From Phycisphaerae bacterium (GTDB taxonomy: Bacteria; Planctomycetota; Phycisphaerae; UBA1845), in contig CAXXGO010000001.1 of assembly GCA_963666835.2 (NCBI GenBank), forward strand, positions 480,001 through 544,000: 64,000 bases of DNA, given 5' to 3'. The notes beneath the pieces are model-generated. The model did not search any database. It was not told the origin of the DNA and saw nothing but the letters and a program-made list of their open reading frames with translations. Each line of letters opens with the position of its first letter. Position 1 is the first letter of the stretch. The position numbers and the translations under genes were made by a program. Shown here one piece after another: positions 49,101-60,060 of the stretch.

Positions 49101-51680
49101 ATGAACGAGTTGACCACGGGTCCGGAACCGGCCGGCGTTGCACGTTCTGCCGGAAACAACGGCAAAGGTGACCGCAACCGCATCGCTTTCGTCGGCAACT
49201 ACGTGCCGCGGTGCTGCGGTATCGCCACCTTCACAACTGATCTATGTGCCGCGTTGAGCGGCAATGGGACCGAGTGTCTGGCGGTCGCGATGAATGATCG
49301 CCTGGAGCGCTACGACTATCCATCCCCGGTGCGCTTCACCATCGAACAGAATGACTTGGCATGCTATCGCCGTGCCGCCCAGTTTCTCAACAATCGCGCC
49401 GATGCCATCAGCCTTCAACATGAGTACGGCATCTATGGAGGTCCGGCCGGCAGTCACATCCTGACGGTCCTGGCCGAGCTGCGCGCCCGCGTCGTGACCA
49501 CGCTGCACACGGTGCTGCGCGAGCCGACGACCGAACAGCGAGAGGTGCTCGAACGAGTGGGTGGCCTCTCCGACCGCGTGGTTGTGATGAGTCGCCGAGG
49601 CGCGGAGTTCCTCCACGAAATCTACCGTATCCCCACAGAGAAGATCGACTTCATCCCCCACGGTGTGCCCGACTTCGCCTTCGTCGATCCAAGCTTCCAT
49701 AAGGAGCAATTCGGGGTGCCGGGCAAATCGGTGCTGATGACCTTCGGCCTGCTCGGCCCAGGCAAAGGCCTGGAGAGCGTCATTCGCGCGTTGCCGGCGA
49801 TCATCGCTCGCTTTCCGAACGTGGTGTACCTCGTCGTAGGTGCTACGCACCCCCACGTGTTGAGTCAGCAGGGTGATATCTACCGTATGAGCCTGCATCG
49901 GCTGGCCCGGGAACTCGGCGTCGAGCAGCACGTAGTCTTCCACAATCGTTTCGTCGATCACCAGGAACTGACGGAATTTATGGGTGCCGCCGACATCTAC
50001 ATCTCGCCCTACGAGCACGAAGCCCAGATTACGTCGGGGACCCTCGCGTGGGCGGTCGGTGCTGGCAAGGCCGTAGTCTCTACCCCTTACTGGTATGCCC
50101 AGGAACTGCTGTCGGACAAGCGTGGCGTGCTCGTGCCGTTCAAAGACCCGGCAGCAACCGCCGAGGCAGTGAATCGTCTATTGGAAGACGACGAGGAACG
50201 AAACGCGATGCGAAAACGGGCGTACCTGTTCGGGCGCGAGATGACTTGGCCCAATGTCGCCCGTGCGTACTTGGACTCCTTTGCGCGTGCCCGTGAGCAG
50301 AGTGCGCACCACCTCCACGTACTCCGCGCCTTTGCCCCGCAGCCGCTCATGGGGGACGTGCTGCCCGAAATACGGTTGCAGCACCTAAAACGCCTCACGG
50401 ATGGCACTGGGGTACTCCAGCATGCGCGTTTCTCGGTCCCCAGTTATCGAGAGGGGCATACCACCGACGACAATGCCCGGGCGCTGCTCCTGATGGCCCT
50501 CCTGGAGCAACTGGGCGAGCTGCCGTCCGACGAGATCGAAGATCTGACCACGCGCTATCTGGCCTTCCTCGACTATGCTTTTGCCGCTGACACCGGACGC
50601 TTTCGGAACTTTCTGGCATACGGGCCACGGCGCTCGCCCGAAGGAGTCGGCTCGGAAGACTGTCACGGGCGCGCCCTGCGGGGACTGGGGGCGTTGGTGC
50701 GGCGTACCAACCGACCTGGGTTGCGAGGCGCAGCCGTCAACCTGTTTAGCGCGGCGCTGCCCGCCGCGCTAGAGCTAGAGTCGCCGCGTGCCTTGGCTTT
50801 CACTCTGCTCGGGATACACGATTACCTGCGTTGGCTCTCGGGCGACCGCGCCGCGGAGGAAGCTGGCCAACGGCTCACCAGCCGACTCGTAACCCTTTAC
50901 CACGAAACAAGTCAGAAGGGTTGGACCTGGTTTGAAGACTCTCTGACCTATGCCAACGCGTGTCTGCCCGAGGCGCTGCTAGTCGCAGGCGAATCCCTGG
51001 GCGAGAGCCAAAGCACAGAAATCGGCTTGGCAACGCTCGACTGGCTGATGAGCGTGCAGCGTGCAGTGGGAGGACACTTCGTGCCCGTTGGCTCAAATGG
51101 ATTCTACAAGCGCGGAGGCACACGCGCCTGCTTCGATCAGCAGCCCATCGAGGCCTGCGTCTCGGTTTCTGCCTGTCTGACAGCCCAGCGAATCACCGGC
51201 GACTTGCATTGGCGGCGGGAGGCGGAGCGAGCTTTCGAATGGTTCCTGGGCCGAAACGATCTGGGGTTGCCGCTATGCGACCTCCGAACAGGCGCGTGCT
51301 ATGACGGCCTGTGTCCAGATCAGGTAAACGCCAATCAGGGTTCCGAGTCGACACTGGCGTATCTCGTGGCCTTGGCGGAAATGCGGCTCGCCGACCAAGC
51401 GAGCGTTCTGCCCTGCGATGCAGAGTCGGCTGCCAGTGCGTCACCCTCAGACCTGGAAGCACATCGTGTCAGACAATCGTTACGAAATACTGTTTCATCG
51501 CCAGTCGTAGAACCCGACCGTGACGCCGATGCTGGTGTCATATGTGATCAGCTCGCCGTTCAATCCCGGCGTGACGCGTCTGACGATTCTAGAGAAGAGA
51601 ACAGAGTCATATGTCAAAGCCAAGAAGTCCCAGCACCCAGCGCGATTGCGCGTTCAGGAAGAACGAGCGTGAGCAAGTGA
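49101..51680 (+). CDS. Glycosyltransferase family 4 fused to a C-terminal glycoside-hydrolase-like helical domain
   Basis: GNYVPRCCGIATFT, QHEYGIYGG, FGLLGPGKGLE, SGTLAWA; C-terminal TDDNARAL, FDQQPIEA, NQGSESTLA. Confidence 0.88.
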   Translation: MNELTTGPEPAGVARSAGNNGKGDRNRIAFVGNYVPRCCGIATFTTDLCAALSGNGTECLAVAMNDRLERYDYPSPVRFTIEQNDLACYRRAAQFLNNRADAISLQHEYGIYGGPAGSHILTVLAELRARVVTTLHTVLREPTTEQREVLERVGGLSDRVVVMSRRGAEFLHEIYRIPTEKIDFIPHGVPDFAFVDPSFHKEQFGVPGKSVLMTFGLLGPGKGLESVIRALPAIIARFPNVVYLVVGATHPHVLSQQGDIYRMSLHRLARELGVEQHVVFHNRFVDHQELTEFMGAADIYISPYEHEAQITSGTLAWAVGAGKAVVSTPYWYAQELLSDKRGVLVPFKDPAATAEAVNRLLEDDEERNAMRKRAYLFGREMTWPNVARAYLDSFARAREQSAHHLHVLRAFAPQPLMGDVLPEIRLQHLKRLTDGTGVLQHARFSVPSYREGHTTDDNARALLLMALLEQLGELPSDEIEDLTTRYLAFLDYAFAADTGRFRNFLAYGPRRSPEGVGSEDCHGRALRGLGALVRRTNRPGLRGAAVNLFSAALPAALELESPRALAFTLLGIHDYLRWLSGDRAAEEAGQRLTSRLVTLYHETSQKGWTWFEDSLTYANACLPEALLVAGESLGESQSTEIGLATLDWLMSVQRAVGGHFVPVGSNGFYKRGGTRACFDQQPIEACVSVSACLTAQRITGDLHWRREAERAFEWFLGRNDLGLPLCDLRTGACYDGLCPDQVNANQGSESTLAYLVALAEMRLADQASVLPCDAESAASASPSDLEAHRVRQSLRNTVSSPVVEPDRDADAGVICDQLAVQSRRDASDDSREENRVICQSQEVPAPSAIARSGRTSVSK

Positions 51681-51877
51681 AACGCGACAAGGCCGCGCTT
51701 AAACGCCAGCGCCGTGAGAGCAACAAGTGTGCCACGAAGCCACTGACACCCGATGCTGTCCGGGGCACAGAGGCGGACGTCCAACGGTCCGATGACCGGG
51801 ATGCATGCCTTTTGCTACCGGAGGACAGCGAATCGGAGGCTGACGCGCATGTTGGAACCGAGCGTTGTAGTGGATAA
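51611..51877 (+). CDS. Small basic hypothetical protein
   Basis: K/R-rich N-terminus (FRKNEREQVKRDKAALKRQRRE); overlaps the tail of the GT4 ORF. Confidence 0.4.
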   Translation: MSKPRSPSTQRDCAFRKNEREQVKRDKAALKRQRRESNKCATKPLTPDAVRGTEADVQRSDDRDACLLLPEDSESEADAHVGTERCSG

Positions 51878-52090
51878 CGAATCATCGAAGGCGCGATCAC
51901 GAAGCTATCACGTGGCATGCGCGTGGGCTTTTGCAGATGGCTGTTACGGCCATAGAACACACAAGCGCCCGCAACGGGCGGGTGAGTGCTGTTCGGCGGA
52001 CGGATGAGCGAGTGACGTACGCGAGTGGCGTTGGAGAAATACTCATCGCTCATCCCGACACGATTCGGATTAGGCAATAGGAGCAAGAAA

Positions 52091-52402
52091 ATGAAGTTCA
52101 TCGACGTTTTGGCTGTGGTTGTCGTTCTCGTTGGCGCACTGAACTGGGGACTTGTCGGTCTGTTCCAATTCGATCTTGTGGCGGCACTGCTGGGCGACGC
52201 GACGCTGCTGAGTCGATTGGTCTACGTCGTCGTGGGCGTCGCCGGTCTGTTTCTGGCCCTCCAATGGAGGGCCATTCACGATCGCTGGGTGGGCCACGGG
52301 AGAGTGACGGCCGATCTAGCGGATTTGCGTTCTGCCGCTGCCGGTGAGCGGTCGGAGGAAACGGGAGATCGACCGGTAGTCGGTGCCCCGGAATCAGGGT
52401 AG
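52091..52402 (+). CDS. DUF378 family membrane protein
   Basis: AGGAG RBS; VGALNWGLVGLFQFDLVAALLG...SRLVYVVVGVAG. Confidence 0.88.
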   Translation: MKFIDVLAVVVVLVGALNWGLVGLFQFDLVAALLGDATLLSRLVYVVVGVAGLFLALQWRAIHDRWVGHGRVTADLADLRSAAAGERSEETGDRPVVGAPESG

Positions 52403-52451
52403 TCAGCAACCCACGGGGTAGCACCCGTGAAAAGGACGACAGGAGACTAGC

Positions 52452-52742
52452 ATGGACGCGACACCAATAAACACCGTGTCAGGAATCGGTAGCGGCGAAG
52501 CCTCGGGCCGCGTCGGTCTCAACACGGAGAAGGCGATCACTGCAAAGCCTCCGACGGGCTCGCCCGTCCAAGATACAGTGGAGCTATCCCCGGTAGGAAT
52601 AGCGCTTTCGCAGGCTGAGGTTCAATCTCGCCCGACGGCCGCGCGGATAAGTGAGATCCGCGCCGAGATCAGAGCCGGGACGTTTCTGACGCCAGAACGC
52701 ATGGACGGGATCGTCGAGAGGTTGCTCGAGATTCTCGGTTGA
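52452..52742 (+). CDS. FlgM-like anti-sigma-28 factor
   Basis: AGGAG RBS; DTVELS ... ARISEIRAEIRAGTF pattern. Confidence 0.7.
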   Translation: MDATPINTVSGIGSGEASGRVGLNTEKAITAKPPTGSPVQDTVELSPVGIALSQAEVQSRPTAARISEIRAEIRAGTFLTPERMDGIVERLLEILG

Positions 52743-52879
52743 GCGAGCAGAATCGAGAGTCAGGCCGCGGCGCGATGGATGTGTTATCTCGCAGCCCGGC
52801 AGGCCGAATTCATGGAAGCCAAGGACGCGGAGTTCCACCCGGGCTCACGTGTCCCGCGGCATTGCATAAGGATCTGAAG

Positions 52880-53917
52880 ATGGAGCATACGTCGAGTCCT
52901 GTCGAGTTGGTCTTACGGCACTACGCAACCCGTTATCGAGGATGGATTATATTCGGCCTGGTTTTCTTTCTGGCAGTATGGGGCGGGGTCAGTGTGTTCT
53001 ACTCGGTGGAGGCGGACAGCGAAGGAGTGGTTCTTCGCTTCGGAAAGTACTCCAAGACGACGCTTCCGGGGCTGCACACGAAGTGGCCCTGGCCGATCGA
53101 TGCGGTGATGGTCGTGCCGGTACAGCAGATTCAGACGCTGGAGTTTGGGTTCGGGACAATTGATCCGGGCCAGGTCACCCGGTACGCCCTGCAAACGCCG
53201 GAACACGAAACGATCGCCCGCATGCTAACCGGCGATCTGAACTTGGCCCACGTGGAATGGATCGTCCAGTACCGCATCAAGGATGCACAACACTACTTGT
53301 TCAGGATCGGAGGAGACCACAGCAACAAGGTCGCGGTGGAGAACACGATCCGGAACGCCGCCGAAGCAGTCCTGCGAAAACTGGTCGGCGACCGGAGTGT
53401 CGACGAAGTCATCACGAGGGGGCGCGAGGAGATCGCCAGCGAAGCCAAACGGGAGATTCAGGAGATGATTGACAACTTCGAAGCCGGCGTTGAGGTCGTC
53501 ACCGTCAAGCTCCAGTCAGCTACGCCGCCCGAGGCAGTCAAAGATGCGTTCGATGCGGTCAACCGCGCCCGGCAGAACAAGGAGCGGGTGGTCAACGAGG
53601 CCCGCGGGGAACGCAACCGCGTCATTCCTGCCGCCCGGGGACAACGTGATCGTGTGATCTCGGAAGCGGAGGGATACCGGGAGCGCGTGGTACCTGAAAT
53701 GACCGGGCGTGCAAACGCGTTTCTCGCCCAGTTGGCGGAGTACGAGAAGGCGCCGGAGGTCACTCGCACGCGCCTCTACCTGGAAGCGATGGAGGAGACG
53801 CTGGCCCAGGTAGACGGCATCACCGTGATCGACGAGTCGGTTCGCGGGGTACTTCCGATGTTGAATCTAAGTCCCGCCGACCCACCGGCCAAAGGCCAGG
53901 AAGGGGGTGGACGATGA
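52880..53917 (+). CDS. hflK: FtsH protease modulator HflK
   Basis: GVVLRFGKY...PGLH.KWPWPID, MLTGDLN, VKDAFDAV, APEVTRTRLYLE. Confidence 0.92.
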   Translation: MEHTSSPVELVLRHYATRYRGWIIFGLVFFLAVWGGVSVFYSVEADSEGVVLRFGKYSKTTLPGLHTKWPWPIDAVMVVPVQQIQTLEFGFGTIDPGQVTRYALQTPEHETIARMLTGDLNLAHVEWIVQYRIKDAQHYLFRIGGDHSNKVAVENTIRNAAEAVLRKLVGDRSVDEVITRGREEIASEAKREIQEMIDNFEAGVEVVTVKLQSATPPEAVKDAFDAVNRARQNKERVVNEARGERNRVIPAARGQRDRVISEAEGYRERVVPEMTGRANAFLAQLAEYEKAPEVTRTRLYLEAMEETLAQVDGITVIDESVRGVLPMLNLSPADPPAKGQEGGGR

Positions 53918-54891
53918 AGACCATCGTCGCTCTGGTGATCGTGATCCTGGCTGCAGTTGTTGTCATTCCAGCATCGACGTACACGGTGCCAGAAGGATGG
54001 CAGGCGGTAATCACGCAGTTTGGAGATCCGGTTCGGGTCCGAACCGAGGCCGGGCTCTACTTCAAGCCGCCATTCATTCAGGAGATCCACCGTCTGGAGA
54101 AGCGTCTGCTGCCGTGGGATGGCGATCCCGAGAACATGCAGACGCTCGACAAGAAGAGGATCTTCATTGACGTGTGGGCCCGATGGCGGATTGTGGACCC
54201 CATGAAGTTCTTCCAGGCCGTCCGCACGGAAAACCGCGGCTACAAGATCCTTGACGACCTTGTCGACTCGGCCGTCCGTGACGTGGTCGCGCGAAACAAC
54301 CTGATCGAGGTGGTACGCAGCAGCAACCGGGAGCTCCTCTATGAGAGCGACGAACTGGCGCGCGATGCCGCATCCAGCCAAGATCGTATCACCGTGGGGC
54401 GGGCCAAGATGGAAGCCGAGATACTCACCGTTGCCAGCGTCGGCCTCAAAGAACAATACGGCATGGAACTAAGTGTCGTTCACATCAAGCGGGTCAACTA
54501 CATCGAGTCGGTACGCACGACCGTGTACGACCGGATGAAGTCCGAGCGCATAAGGATCGCCAAGCTCTTCGAATCCGAGGCCGAGGAGGAGAAGAACCGC
54601 ATTCTAGGACTGACCACCAAGGAGCTCGACGGAATCAAAGGCGAACAAGAGCAGCGGGCGGCCGAGATCCGCGGGAGGGCGAAGGCGGAGGTGATTCGGA
54701 TTGCGGCCGAGGCTTATGCGGAGTCGCCCGAGTTCTACGGGTTCCTCCGGCATCTGGAGACCTACAAGAAAACGTTGGGCACCGGCACCCGCCTCGTGCT
54801 CTCCACGGACAATGAGTTGCTCCGGCATCTTCGGGGTCCGACGGTGGGCGGCAATGAAGCGACCCTTGCGCAGCCAAAAGAGACTCCCTGA
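53914..54891 (+). CDS. hflC: FtsH protease modulator HflC
   Basis: Overlaps the hflK stop; QAVITQFGDP, GLYFKPPFIQ, RMKSER, PEFYGFLRHLETY. Confidence 0.92.
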   Translation: MKTIVALVIVILAAVVVIPASTYTVPEGWQAVITQFGDPVRVRTEAGLYFKPPFIQEIHRLEKRLLPWDGDPENMQTLDKKRIFIDVWARWRIVDPMKFFQAVRTENRGYKILDDLVDSAVRDVVARNNLIEVVRSSNRELLYESDELARDAASSQDRITVGRAKMEAEILTVASVGLKEQYGMELSVVHIKRVNYIESVRTTVYDRMKSERIRIAKLFESEAEEEKNRILGLTTKELDGIKGEQEQRAAEIRGRAKAEVIRIAAEAYAESPEFYGFLRHLETYKKTLGTGTRLVLSTDNELLRHLRGPTVGGNEATLAQPKETP

Positions 54892-55418
54892 TGAAGCAAC
54901 AGGCGCGAGCGCCCGGTGCTTAAGGGTGCTCGGACGTAGAGAAAGAAGGAAGGGGAGCGGGATCAGGACTGCTTCTTCCAGCGACAAAGGCGGATCTGGA
55001 GGAAGGCATTCTGGACAGACCGGTATCCCGAGCGGTGGCGAGTTTTACGCTCGATCACGACTTTGCCGCTCTTCCAACGGAGACCGCCCGCGGCCCTACG
55101 CCGCGAGTCGAAAGACGATTACGATGCTGATCAAAGTGGCCGACATTCCACCGGATGAGGCGTACCGCCTGTTCTGCACCGACCCCCGCCTTCACATTCA
55201 GCTTCGCAGCCTGTACAGCCGGATCAGAAACACGGATTCGCGCCCACGGCTGAGGTTGCGCAGAGTCACGAGCAGGGAGGATTAGGATATGGAGCTTCTT
55301 ACTCGCACAGCTAGCAAAGAACTGCTGAGATCGGGTGAGTTGCTGTGCCTGCGAGAACGTCAGCATAGGGCCATGATCGGATGGCGCTGTCAGCGTGTAC
55401 AAAACGAAAGAGAACCTG

Positions 55419-55907
55419 ATGCAACATTCTGAGCCGACAGCATCTAACGCAACTGAAACACAGGAGATCGTTCGGCAGGCGGAGGTCGAGCTTGCGATCC
55501 TTCTGGGCATCGAAGAGTCACTCCGGATCGCGCTTCAGTGGATGACGCGGGGGCGCGGAAACAGCCACAAGCTCTCCACGTTGCGTTTCCACACGTGGTC
55601 CTTTGAACGCCACCTGACCCGCATACAGGTTCTTGCAGACCACGGTGGTTACATGCACTTGATCACTGACGCCCATCCACATTTGGCCGGCGAAGTAGAG
55701 GCGTTAAGGAACGAACGCGAAGAGCTACATTCCGATCTAGGAAGAATCATAATACGGCTGGATCATGTATCCACGGACGATGCCGCTGGATTCGGGAAGA
55801 CCTGTGCGGATCTTGAGCGCTTTCTTGACGACCTGAGAACGCATGGCCAGAAAGAAAGGGAGTTGCTCCAGCGCTCCTTCACCCAAGAAGAAGGAGGAGA
55901 GGGTTGA
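55419..55907 (+). CDS. Hemerythrin-like helical protein
   Basis: His-containing helices (FERHL, GGYM, HGQKERELL); resembles hemerythrin/HHE domains but degenerate. Confidence 0.5.
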   Translation: MQHSEPTASNATETQEIVRQAEVELAILLGIEESLRIALQWMTRGRGNSHKLSTLRFHTWSFERHLTRIQVLADHGGYMHLITDAHPHLAGEVEALRNEREELHSDLGRIIIRLDHVSTDDAAGFGKTCADLERFLDDLRTHGQKERELLQRSFTQEEGGEG

Positions 55908-56004
55908 AAGGGACAATCGTTCGGACCTTCGTCAAGGATGACGCTCCGGCCCCAAGGCAAGTCCCTTCTACGCATCCGCGCTTGGGAACTCATCGGAACG
56001 CAGC

Positions 56005-57057
56005 ATGAACACCAAACAACGTAATACCACTTTTCAACGCTGGGGTGGAGTGATCCGCCGTGAGACTCGGGATCTTCCTTCACTGCAAGAGGTTGGCAGA
56101 CGTGCCCTGGCCGACCCCGACGTGCGCGGCGCTTCGACACTGGAGGGTATGATCGAGACTGAGCTCCAGAACCGCCGGGCTCAACTCGAGCAGTACTTGA
56201 AAGACAAAGAGCCCCCAGCTGCTCAAGCGGAACCCCGAATAACTTCGCGATCGGAACCACCGAAGCCGGTTCCCACAACAACGCCGGAGCAGGATGTAGA
56301 GAATTTCAACCGGCTGGTTCGGACTCTCTCCACGTCATTGGAACGTGGCGACGAAAAGGAAACCCGGGCCATCTTCGCAAAGATGCAAGCCCTTCAAGAG
56401 CGAAGGCCGGAAGTGATTCCAGCCCCCGTCATCGAGGACTATGCACAACGGGTTGAGAAGCTGCGGGTCCACATCAAGCAGCTTACGGACGAGATCGTGG
56501 CGCTGGCAGAGCGAGCTGTTTTGGCGTCCCGCAATGGGAAGGAGCAGGACTTGGCGCGATCGATGCGCCGACTCACGGCGATCCACGCGGCCCACCCACG
56601 GTTACTCGATGAGGCCGGATTGGAAGATGTTCGTCGCGACGTTGCCGATGCTGCCGATGAGCGCTGTGAACACAACCTCACAACGAAGAAGCTCCTTGAG
56701 CGTGAACGGGCCATTACCGCCGAGATCAAGGTGCTCGCTGCCGCCGTTCACGTGTTTCATCGAGTGGCATCCGAGGTTTCGGATACAGCCGAGGAGTTTC
56801 GCGAAGCGGAAGCGACATACCTTCGGACGATCCAGAAGGTTCGTACCTACGACGTGGGATGGTTCTCGGGGGTCGTTCTCGAGCTAGCCGACCTGCTGGC
56901 AGAATGGTCCGTTCCACCTCTGGGAGCGGAAGGCCAGATCGACCGCTTCTTGGATAGCATAGACGCGGGCCTGGATCGTATTCGCGCGGAGATGCGCGAG
57001 ATTGACAGTGAACAAGATTCGGACGAGGGTAACGGGAACGAGCCCGCCGCGCAATGA
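56005..57057 (+). CDS. Hypothetical coiled-coil protein
   Basis: 350-aa helical ORF co-oriented with its neighbours. Confidence 0.6.
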   Translation: MNTKQRNTTFQRWGGVIRRETRDLPSLQEVGRRALADPDVRGASTLEGMIETELQNRRAQLEQYLKDKEPPAAQAEPRITSRSEPPKPVPTTTPEQDVENFNRLVRTLSTSLERGDEKETRAIFAKMQALQERRPEVIPAPVIEDYAQRVEKLRVHIKQLTDEIVALAERAVLASRNGKEQDLARSMRRLTAIHAAHPRLLDEAGLEDVRRDVADAADERCEHNLTTKKLLERERAITAEIKVLAAAVHVFHRVASEVSDTAEEFREAEATYLRTIQKVRTYDVGWFSGVVLELADLLAEWSVPPLGAEGQIDRFLDSIDAGLDRIRAEMREIDSEQDSDEGNGNEPAAQ

Positions 57058-57246
57058 TGGTCTTCAGTCAAGGCCTCCTGGTTGCAGATTGGAACGGTGG
57101 GTATGTGATTGACCCGGTCGCCTGGAACAACACGTACGTAAACACCACAGAAGGAGCCTGAAGAGACTGCTTGAAAACAGGGTGCTTCCCAATCGCTGGT
57201 TGAAGTGGATATCCCAGGCTTGGAGTGTTTGAAGGAAACCCGCACG

Positions 57247-58050
57247 ATGGTCACAACGGATAGCTCTCGGCAACCACAGCCACCCGACCCCGGGCGCAGT
57301 TTGCAGCCTCGCCGCCTATGGCCGGCGATGCGCGCTCTAATGCGTACTCGTGTTTTTGCGGGCTTGGCCACCGTTATACCACTGTGGGTAACGTGGGTTG
57401 TGGTGAAGTTCGTATTCAATACGATGCGGTCGGCCACACAGCCGATCATCGAGTACAGCATCCAATGGGTTGCCCGGTCGACGGGGAGTCAGCCGGAAGA
57501 CATACCCGCCTATCTGGATTGGGCCGTGCCGGTAGTCGCAGTTCTGCTGACGCTGTTTTCGTTGTACCTGCTGGGTCTGGTGACCGCCAACGTGCTGGGG
57601 CGGCGCGTTGTTCTGCTTCTCGAACGTCTGTTTGAAGGTCTGCCCCTGGTGAAGACGATCTATGGATCAACGAAACGTATCATTGTTGCGTTGGCTGGGG
57701 GAAGTGGCTCGATGCAGTTCCAGAAGGTCGTGCTCGTTGAGTTCCCTCGGCCGGGAATGAAATGCATCGGGTTTCTCACGTCGGTGGCCGAGGACACGGA
57801 CACGGGAAGAAAGATGGCCACCGTGTTTATCTCCACCACACCCAATCCCACGACTGGGTACATGCAGATCCTTCCACTTCAGGAAGTATCGGAGACCGGC
57901 TGGACGGTGGAAGACGCGGTCAAGGTGTTAATGTCGGGCGGCATTCTCTGCCCACCAAAGATACCGTTCGACCGTGTCCACCCGGTCAGTTGGAGCCAGA
58001 CTATGGCCCTGGACGCTGGCGCTCCTGGACCTGCGTCGCAGTACGGCTGA
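57247..58050 (+). CDS. DUF502 family membrane protein
   Basis: LPLVKTIY, VVLVEFPRPG, TTPNPTTG, VLMSGG. Confidence 0.88.
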   Translation: MVTTDSSRQPQPPDPGRSLQPRRLWPAMRALMRTRVFAGLATVIPLWVTWVVVKFVFNTMRSATQPIIEYSIQWVARSTGSQPEDIPAYLDWAVPVVAVLLTLFSLYLLGLVTANVLGRRVVLLLERLFEGLPLVKTIYGSTKRIIVALAGGSGSMQFQKVVLVEFPRPGMKCIGFLTSVAEDTDTGRKMATVFISTTPNPTTGYMQILPLQEVSETGWTVEDAVKVLMSGGILCPPKIPFDRVHPVSWSQTMALDAGAPGPASQYG

Positions 58051-58181
58051 GCAATACGCGGGTGAACATGGACGGAACGCGATACGTGAACGGTCATCCA
58101 CTCCAATTCCTCATCGGTGCAAAATGGCTGGGGTCTCTCGTCGACGCCGGTCACAGAATGTCGCTTTGCAGTTCTTCCAGA

Positions 58182-59540
58182 CTATTCCAGGAGATGAAGA
58201 TACCTGCTGGCGAGGCCCAGTACCATGAAAAACCCGCACATGTCGGTCAGAGTGGTGAGGATCGCTCCCGAGGCGATCGCCGGGTCCTGCCGGAAGCGGC
58301 GTAGTATCAGCGGAATCAGACCGCCGATCATCACGGCCACAAGTGTGTTGATCCACAGGGCCACCCCCACAATGGCGCCCAGCCATCCGTTTCCTTTCCA
58401 GCCCCAGGCCACGAGTCCGATGATCAGTCCGAGAGCCAGCCCGTTGAATAAGCCAACGGAAAGCTCCTTACCCACCACCCAGAGGAAGTCCCGCGGCCGG
58501 ATCCGGTCGAGCGACAGCTCCCGGATGCTGACGGCGACCGACTGGTTGCCCGAACAACCGCTCATGTCGGAGATTATCGGCAGAAAGACGGCCAGCGCGA
58601 TGACGGCCTGCAGAGTCTCTTGATACAGTGCGATCACGCTCGCCGCGACGACGTTCAGCAGGATGTTGATGCTCAGCCATGACAGTCTGCGCCCGGATCG
58701 TCGGCGCAGCGGCATGACGCGGAACTCGTCGCCACCGGCGATGCCGGTGAACCGAAGCATCTCTTCGTCGGCCTGCTTTTCAGCGACCCGCAGGGCATCG
58801 TCTTGCGTGATCACACCAAGCAGTCTCCCATCCTCGCCGATCACCGGAACCGCCAGGTAATGGTAGCGTCGGAACACTTTGACCAAGTCTTCAGCGGGCA
58901 TGTCGGCCGGAACCGAGACTGGGTCTGAGAACTTGATGCGGTCGACGACCGTATCGGCCTCGCACAGCAGCAAGGACCGCAGGGTCACTACTCCGTCAAG
59001 GCGCCCGTCATCGTCAACAATGTACAAGTATGAAGCGGGATAGTCGGCGTATTCCACCGCCCGCGAGCGCAGCTGGCGAACGGCGTCCCCCGCGGCCATG
59101 CCCCGCGGGACGGCAATGAACTCAGCCTGCATCAATCCACCGGCCGTGTCCTCGTCATACGACAGCAGTGTGCGCGCGATGGCGGCGTCTGCCTGATCGA
59201 CATGCTCGAGGATCGCTGCGGCATGGTCAGCCGCTACGTCCTGGAGAAGGTCCACCTCCTCGTCCGTCTGCATCTCCTGGACAATCGGTGCGGCGGCGTC
59301 CGGCTCCATGCCCATGACAGCCGCGGCCGCCATGTCGTCCGGAAGTTCCTCCAGGATATCGGCGGCCTGCTCCGGAGGCAGAGCGAGCAGCGTGTCAACG
59401 CGCGAATCCCGAGGAAGTTCGCGGAGCAGGACCGCCGCCTCACCGGGGTGGATGCAGCCCAGCTCTTCAGCCACGCGCTCGTTTTGACCGTCGGCCAGTA
59501 ACCGGGCTAGCTGTTCAGTACGTTCCGTCGTTCGTTCCAT
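58182..59540 (-). CDS. mgtE: Magnesium transporter MgtE
   Basis: YDEDTAGGLM, CBS pair, RLSWL, PIISDMSGCSGNQ, DPAIASG...TTLTD. Confidence 0.93.
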   Translation of the reverse strand: MERTTERTEQLARLLADGQNERVAEELGCIHPGEAAVLLRELPRDSRVDTLLALPPEQAADILEELPDDMAAAAVMGMEPDAAAPIVQEMQTDEEVDLLQDVAADHAAAILEHVDQADAAIARTLLSYDEDTAGGLMQAEFIAVPRGMAAGDAVRQLRSRAVEYADYPASYLYIVDDDGRLDGVVTLRSLLLCEADTVVDRIKFSDPVSVPADMPAEDLVKVFRRYHYLAVPVIGEDGRLLGVITQDDALRVAEKQADEEMLRFTGIAGGDEFRVMPLRRRSGRRLSWLSINILLNVVAASVIALYQETLQAVIALAVFLPIISDMSGCSGNQSVAVSIRELSLDRIRPRDFLWVVGKELSVGLFNGLALGLIIGLVAWGWKGNGWLGAIVGVALWINTLVAVMIGGLIPLILRRFRQDPAIASGAILTTLTDMCGFFMVLGLASRYLHLLE

Positions 59541-59799
59541 GGTAAAGGACTCAGCTCTTCATCAGTTTCAACATAGCCGACGCGTCTATTGTCTCGGAGG
59601 CACCGTAGAACCGGCAACCTTAGACCCGCGATCTGCTTCTGCGCTCAGCGAGCACGGTATACCGCGAGACCGATGGTAACAAGAGCCTGTGAGTGAGGCT
59701 CGCGTGCACCGGGAGCCGTGTGCCGGCGGCCAAGCGAAGCACGAAGTGGCTGGGTTGGACTGATTCGGGCAAGCAGGCGGTCCGCCAGCAACACCGGAG

Positions 59800-60060
59800 T
59801 CAAGTCGACAGACTCTCCTCAGAACTCACTGAGCCGCCCGGCGTTTGCCATGCAAGTACCATCCACCCAATCAGCCCGGCGATCACAGACGCGGCGAGGA
59901 CTCCCATCTTCGCTTGATGCATGTACACCGGGCTCTCGAATGCCAGATGGGCGATAAAGAGTGACATGGTGAAACCGATACCCCCTAGACAACCTGCGCC
60001 TAACAGGTGCCGCCACGTGACCCCACTCGGCAAGCTGGCCAAGCCAACCAATCTGTACGC
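59800..60060 (-). pseudogene. nhaA: C-terminal remnant of Na+/H+ antiporter NhaA
   Basis: LPSGVTWRHLLGAGCLGGIGFTMSLFIAHLAF...AKMGVLAASVIAG; the upstream sequence is unrelated. Confidence 0.8.

Noticed and set aside
59560..59700. M-box or c-di-GMP riboswitch upstream of mgtE (CGGGTCTAAGG on the minus strand)
   Set aside because: Only a short word matches; no recognisable full aptamer or terminator.
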